A stretch of 64,000 bases of DNA from the human T2T-CHM13v2.0 reference genome, Homo sapiens: assembly GCF_009914755.1 (NCBI RefSeq), contig NC_060937.1, one strand, 5' to 3'. The notes below the pieces were generated by a model. That model searched no databases, was not told where the DNA came from, and saw nothing but the letters and a program-made list of their open reading frames with translations. This document shows, one piece after another, positions 61,441 through 64,000 of the stretch. Every line of letters starts with the position of its first letter. Position 1 is the stretch's first letter. A program made the translations under genes and the position numbers.

Positions 61441-64000
61441 TCAAAGCGCTCCAAATGTCCACATCCAGATACTCCAGAAAGAGTGTTTCAAACCTGCTCT
61501 ATGAAAGGGAATCTTCAACTCTATGAGTTGAATGCAGACATCAGAAAGAAATTTCTGAGAATGCTGCTGTCTACCTTTTATTTGAATTCCCGCTTCCAAC
61601 GAAATCCTCCAAGCTATCCAAATATCCACTTGCAGATTCCACAAAAAGAGTGTTTCAAAACTGCTCTCTATCAATGGCAAAGTTCAACTCTGTTAGTTGA
61701 GGACACATATCACCAACAAGTTTCTGAGAATGCTTCTGTCTATTTTTTATGGGAAGATATTTCCTTTTTCACCGTAGGCGTCAAGGCGATCGAAATGTCC
61801 ACTTCCACAAACTACAAAAAGAGTGTTTCAAACCTGCTCTATGAAAGGCCATGTTCATCTCTATGAGTCGAATGGAAATATCCGAAAGAAATTTCTGGGA
61901 ATGCTGCTGTCTAGTTTTTATACGAATTCCCGCTTCCAACGAAATCCTCAAAGCAATCCAAATATCCACTTGCAGAATCCACAAAAAGAGTGTTTCAAAA
62001 CTGCTCTATCAATAGAAAGGTTCAACTCTTTTAGTTGAGTACACACATCACAAACAAGTTTCTGAGAATGCTTCTGTCTGGCTTTTATTGGAAGACGTTT
62101 CCTTTTCACCAAAGGCATCAAAGCGCTCCAAATGTCCACTTCCAGATTCTTCCAAAAGAGTGTTTGAAACGTGCTCAAAGTAAGGGAATGTTCAACTCTG
62201 TGACTTGAATGCAGATATCACCAAGTAGTTTCTAATAGTGCTTCTGTCTAGATTTTAGATGATGATATTCCCGTTTCCAACGAAATCGTTAGAGCTATCC
62301 AAATATCCACTTACAGTTGCTACAAAAACAGTGTTTCCAAACTGCTGCATCAAAAGAAAGGTTCAACTCTGTTAGTTGAGGACACACGTCACAAAGAAGT
62401 TTGTGAGAATGCTTCTGTCTAGATTTTGTATGACGATATTCCCTTTTCCAACGATATCGTTAAAGCAATCTAAATATCCATTTGCAGAATCCACAAAAAT
62501 AGAGTTTCAAAGCTGCTCTGTAAAAAGAAAGGTTCCACTCTGTTAGCTGAGTACACACATCACAAACTTGTTTCTCAGAATCCTTCTGTCTCGTTTTTCT
62601 GGGAAGATATTTACTTTTTCACCATAGGCATCAAAGCGCTCCAAATGTCCACATCCAGATACTCCAGAAAGAGTGTTTCAAACCTGCTCTATGAAAGGGA
62701 ATCTTCAACTCTATGAGTTGAATGCAGACATCAGAAAGAAATTTCTGAGAATGCTGCTGTCTACCTTTTATTTGAATTCCCGCTTCCAACGAAATCCTCC
62801 AAGCTATCCAAATATCCACTTGCAGATTCCACAAAAAGAGTGTTTCAAAACTGCTCTCTATCAATGGCAAAGTTCAACTCTGTTAGTTGAGGACACATAT
62901 CACCAACAAGTTTCTGAGAATGCTTCTGTCTATTTTTTATGGGAAGATATTTCCTTTTTCACCGTAGGCGTCAAGGCGATCGAAATGTCCACTTCCACAA
63001 ACTACAAAAAGAGTGTTTCAAACCTGCTCTATGAAAGGCCATGTTCATCTCTATGAGTCGAATGGAAATATCCGAAAGAAATTTCTGGGAATGCTGCTGT
63101 CTAGTTTTTATACGAATTCCCGCTTCCAACGAAATCCTCAAAGCAATCCAAATATCCACTTGCAGAATCCACAAAAAGAGTGTTTCAAAACTGCTCTATC
63201 AATAGAAAGGTTCAACTCTTTTAGTTGAGTACACACATCACAAACAAGTTTCTGAGAATGCTTCTGTCTGGCTTTTATTGGAAGACGTTTCCTTTTCACC
63301 AAAGGCATCAAAGCGCTCCAAATGTCCACTTCCAGATTCTTCCAAAAGAGTGTTTGAAACGTGCTCAAAGTAAGGGAATGTTCAACTCTGTGACTTGAAT
63401 GCAGATATCACCAAGTAGTTTCTAATAGTGCTTCTGTCTAGATTTTAGATGATGATATTCCCGTTTCCAACGAAATCGTTAGAGCTATCCAAATATCCAC
63501 TTACAGTTGCTACAAAAACAGTGTTTCCAAACTGCTGCATCAAAAGAAAGGTTCAACTCTGTTAGTTGAGGACACACGTCACAAAGAAGTTTGTGAGAAT
63601 GCTTCTGTCTAGATTTTGTATGACGATATTCCCTTTTCCAACGATATCGTTAAAGCAATCTAAATATCCATTTGCAGAATCCACAAAAATAGAGTTTCAA
63701 AGCTGCTCTGTAAAAAGAAAGGTTCCACTCTGTTAGCTGAGTACACACATCACAAACTTGTTTCTGAGAATCCTTCTGTCTCGTTTTTATGGGAAGATAT
63801 TTACTTTTTCACTGTAGGCATCAAAGCGCTCCAAATGTCCACATCCAGATACTCCAGAAAGAGTGTTTCAAACCTGCTCTATGAAAGGGAATCTTCAACT
63901 CTATGAGTTGAATGCAGACATCAGAAAGAAATTTCTGAGAATGCTGCTGTCTACCTTTTATTTGAATTCCCGCTTCCAACGAAATCCTCCAAGCTATCCA

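Larger units (their letters stand above)
1..64000 (-). repeat. Centromeric alpha-satellite higher-order repeat array (live-type, highly homogeneous)
   Basis: Tandem ~170-bp monomers run throughout, with alphoid motifs (catcacaaa..gtttctgagaatgcttctgtct, gttcaactctgt, tccaaatatccacttgcag). The same ORFs recur at 1190/680-bp spacing. CENP-B boxes read on the minus strand. No non-satellite sequence seen. Confidence 0.99.
1..64000 (-). repeat. Probable family: SF2 chromosome 13/21 HOR (D13Z1/D21Z1, alphaRI-680 type); many 7-mers would favour D13Z1
   Basis: Minus strand at 734 reads GAATTCAAATAAAAGGTAGACAGCAGCATTCTCAGAAATTTC, which I recall from the 13/21 alphoid family. EcoRI sites at 729, 1069, 1919, 2259, 3109, 3789 give 340/850/680-bp fragments. 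The 11-mer has 5 CENP-B boxes. Chr8 and chr9 SF2 arrays also have 4/7/11-mers, so alignment is needed to confirm. Confidence 0.75.

Noticed and set aside
586-63368. Hundreds of 67-127 aa ORFs on both strands (e.g. MFQTCSMKG..., MPLIESSF...)
   Set aside because: They are translations of satellite monomers, overlap on both strands, recur with HOR period, often start at non-ATG codons and show no recognisable domain.
1-64000. CRISPR-like or other repeat-spacer system suggested by the regularly spaced 17-bp motif
   Set aside because: The motif is the CENP-B box, the intervening DNA is itself repeated rather than unique spacers, and there are no associated genes.
1-64000. Transposon insertion, inversion or non-satellite island
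   Set aside because: Unit lengths account exactly for 586-63820 and all units keep the same orientation, leaving no room for an insertion.
1-64000. Possibility that this is a statistically generated centromere reference model rather than a true assembly
   Set aside because: Rare SNPs co-recur over ~12.8 kb at a fixed offset, which a short-memory monomer model would not be expected to produce. Local assembly error remains untested.
1-64000. Claim that this window is the kinetochore/CENP-A site
   Set aside because: Homogeneity and box density fit a live array, but CENP-A position is epigenetic and cannot be read from sequence.

Overview
The whole 64 kb is one uninterrupted, single-orientation array of primate (almost certainly human) centromeric alpha satellite. 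It has ~170-bp monomers, CENP-B boxes on the minus strand and alternating pJ-alpha-type monomers. The sequence, EcoRI pattern (340/850/680 bp) and 4/7/11-monomer structure best fit the dimeric SF2 chromosome 13/21 live higher-order repeat (HOR; D13Z1/D21Z1 family). That assignment is from recall, not a search. Phased at position 586, the array parses exactly into 41 seven-monomer blocks (A, 1190 bp), 17 four-monomer blocks (B, 680 bp), 3 variant four-monomer blocks (B', 678 bp) and one five-monomer block (C, 851 bp), which sum to 63,235 bp. A+B is the 11-mer; A alone is the 7-mer variant. I see no genes, RNA genes, transposons, inversions or CRISPR arrays, and all listed ORFs are by-products of the repeat. 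I find no evidence of a new gene system. The interesting content is the array's evolutionary record: a 3060-bp (7+11) super-period, a ~12.8-kb near-tandem duplication at offset 14,108 bp, a single 5-mer deletion product with a mappable crossover, a divergent B' haplotype patch, a distinct 7-mer SNP lineage, conversion-like patches and four mutated CENP-B boxes. Variant calls were made by eye and are likely incomplete.
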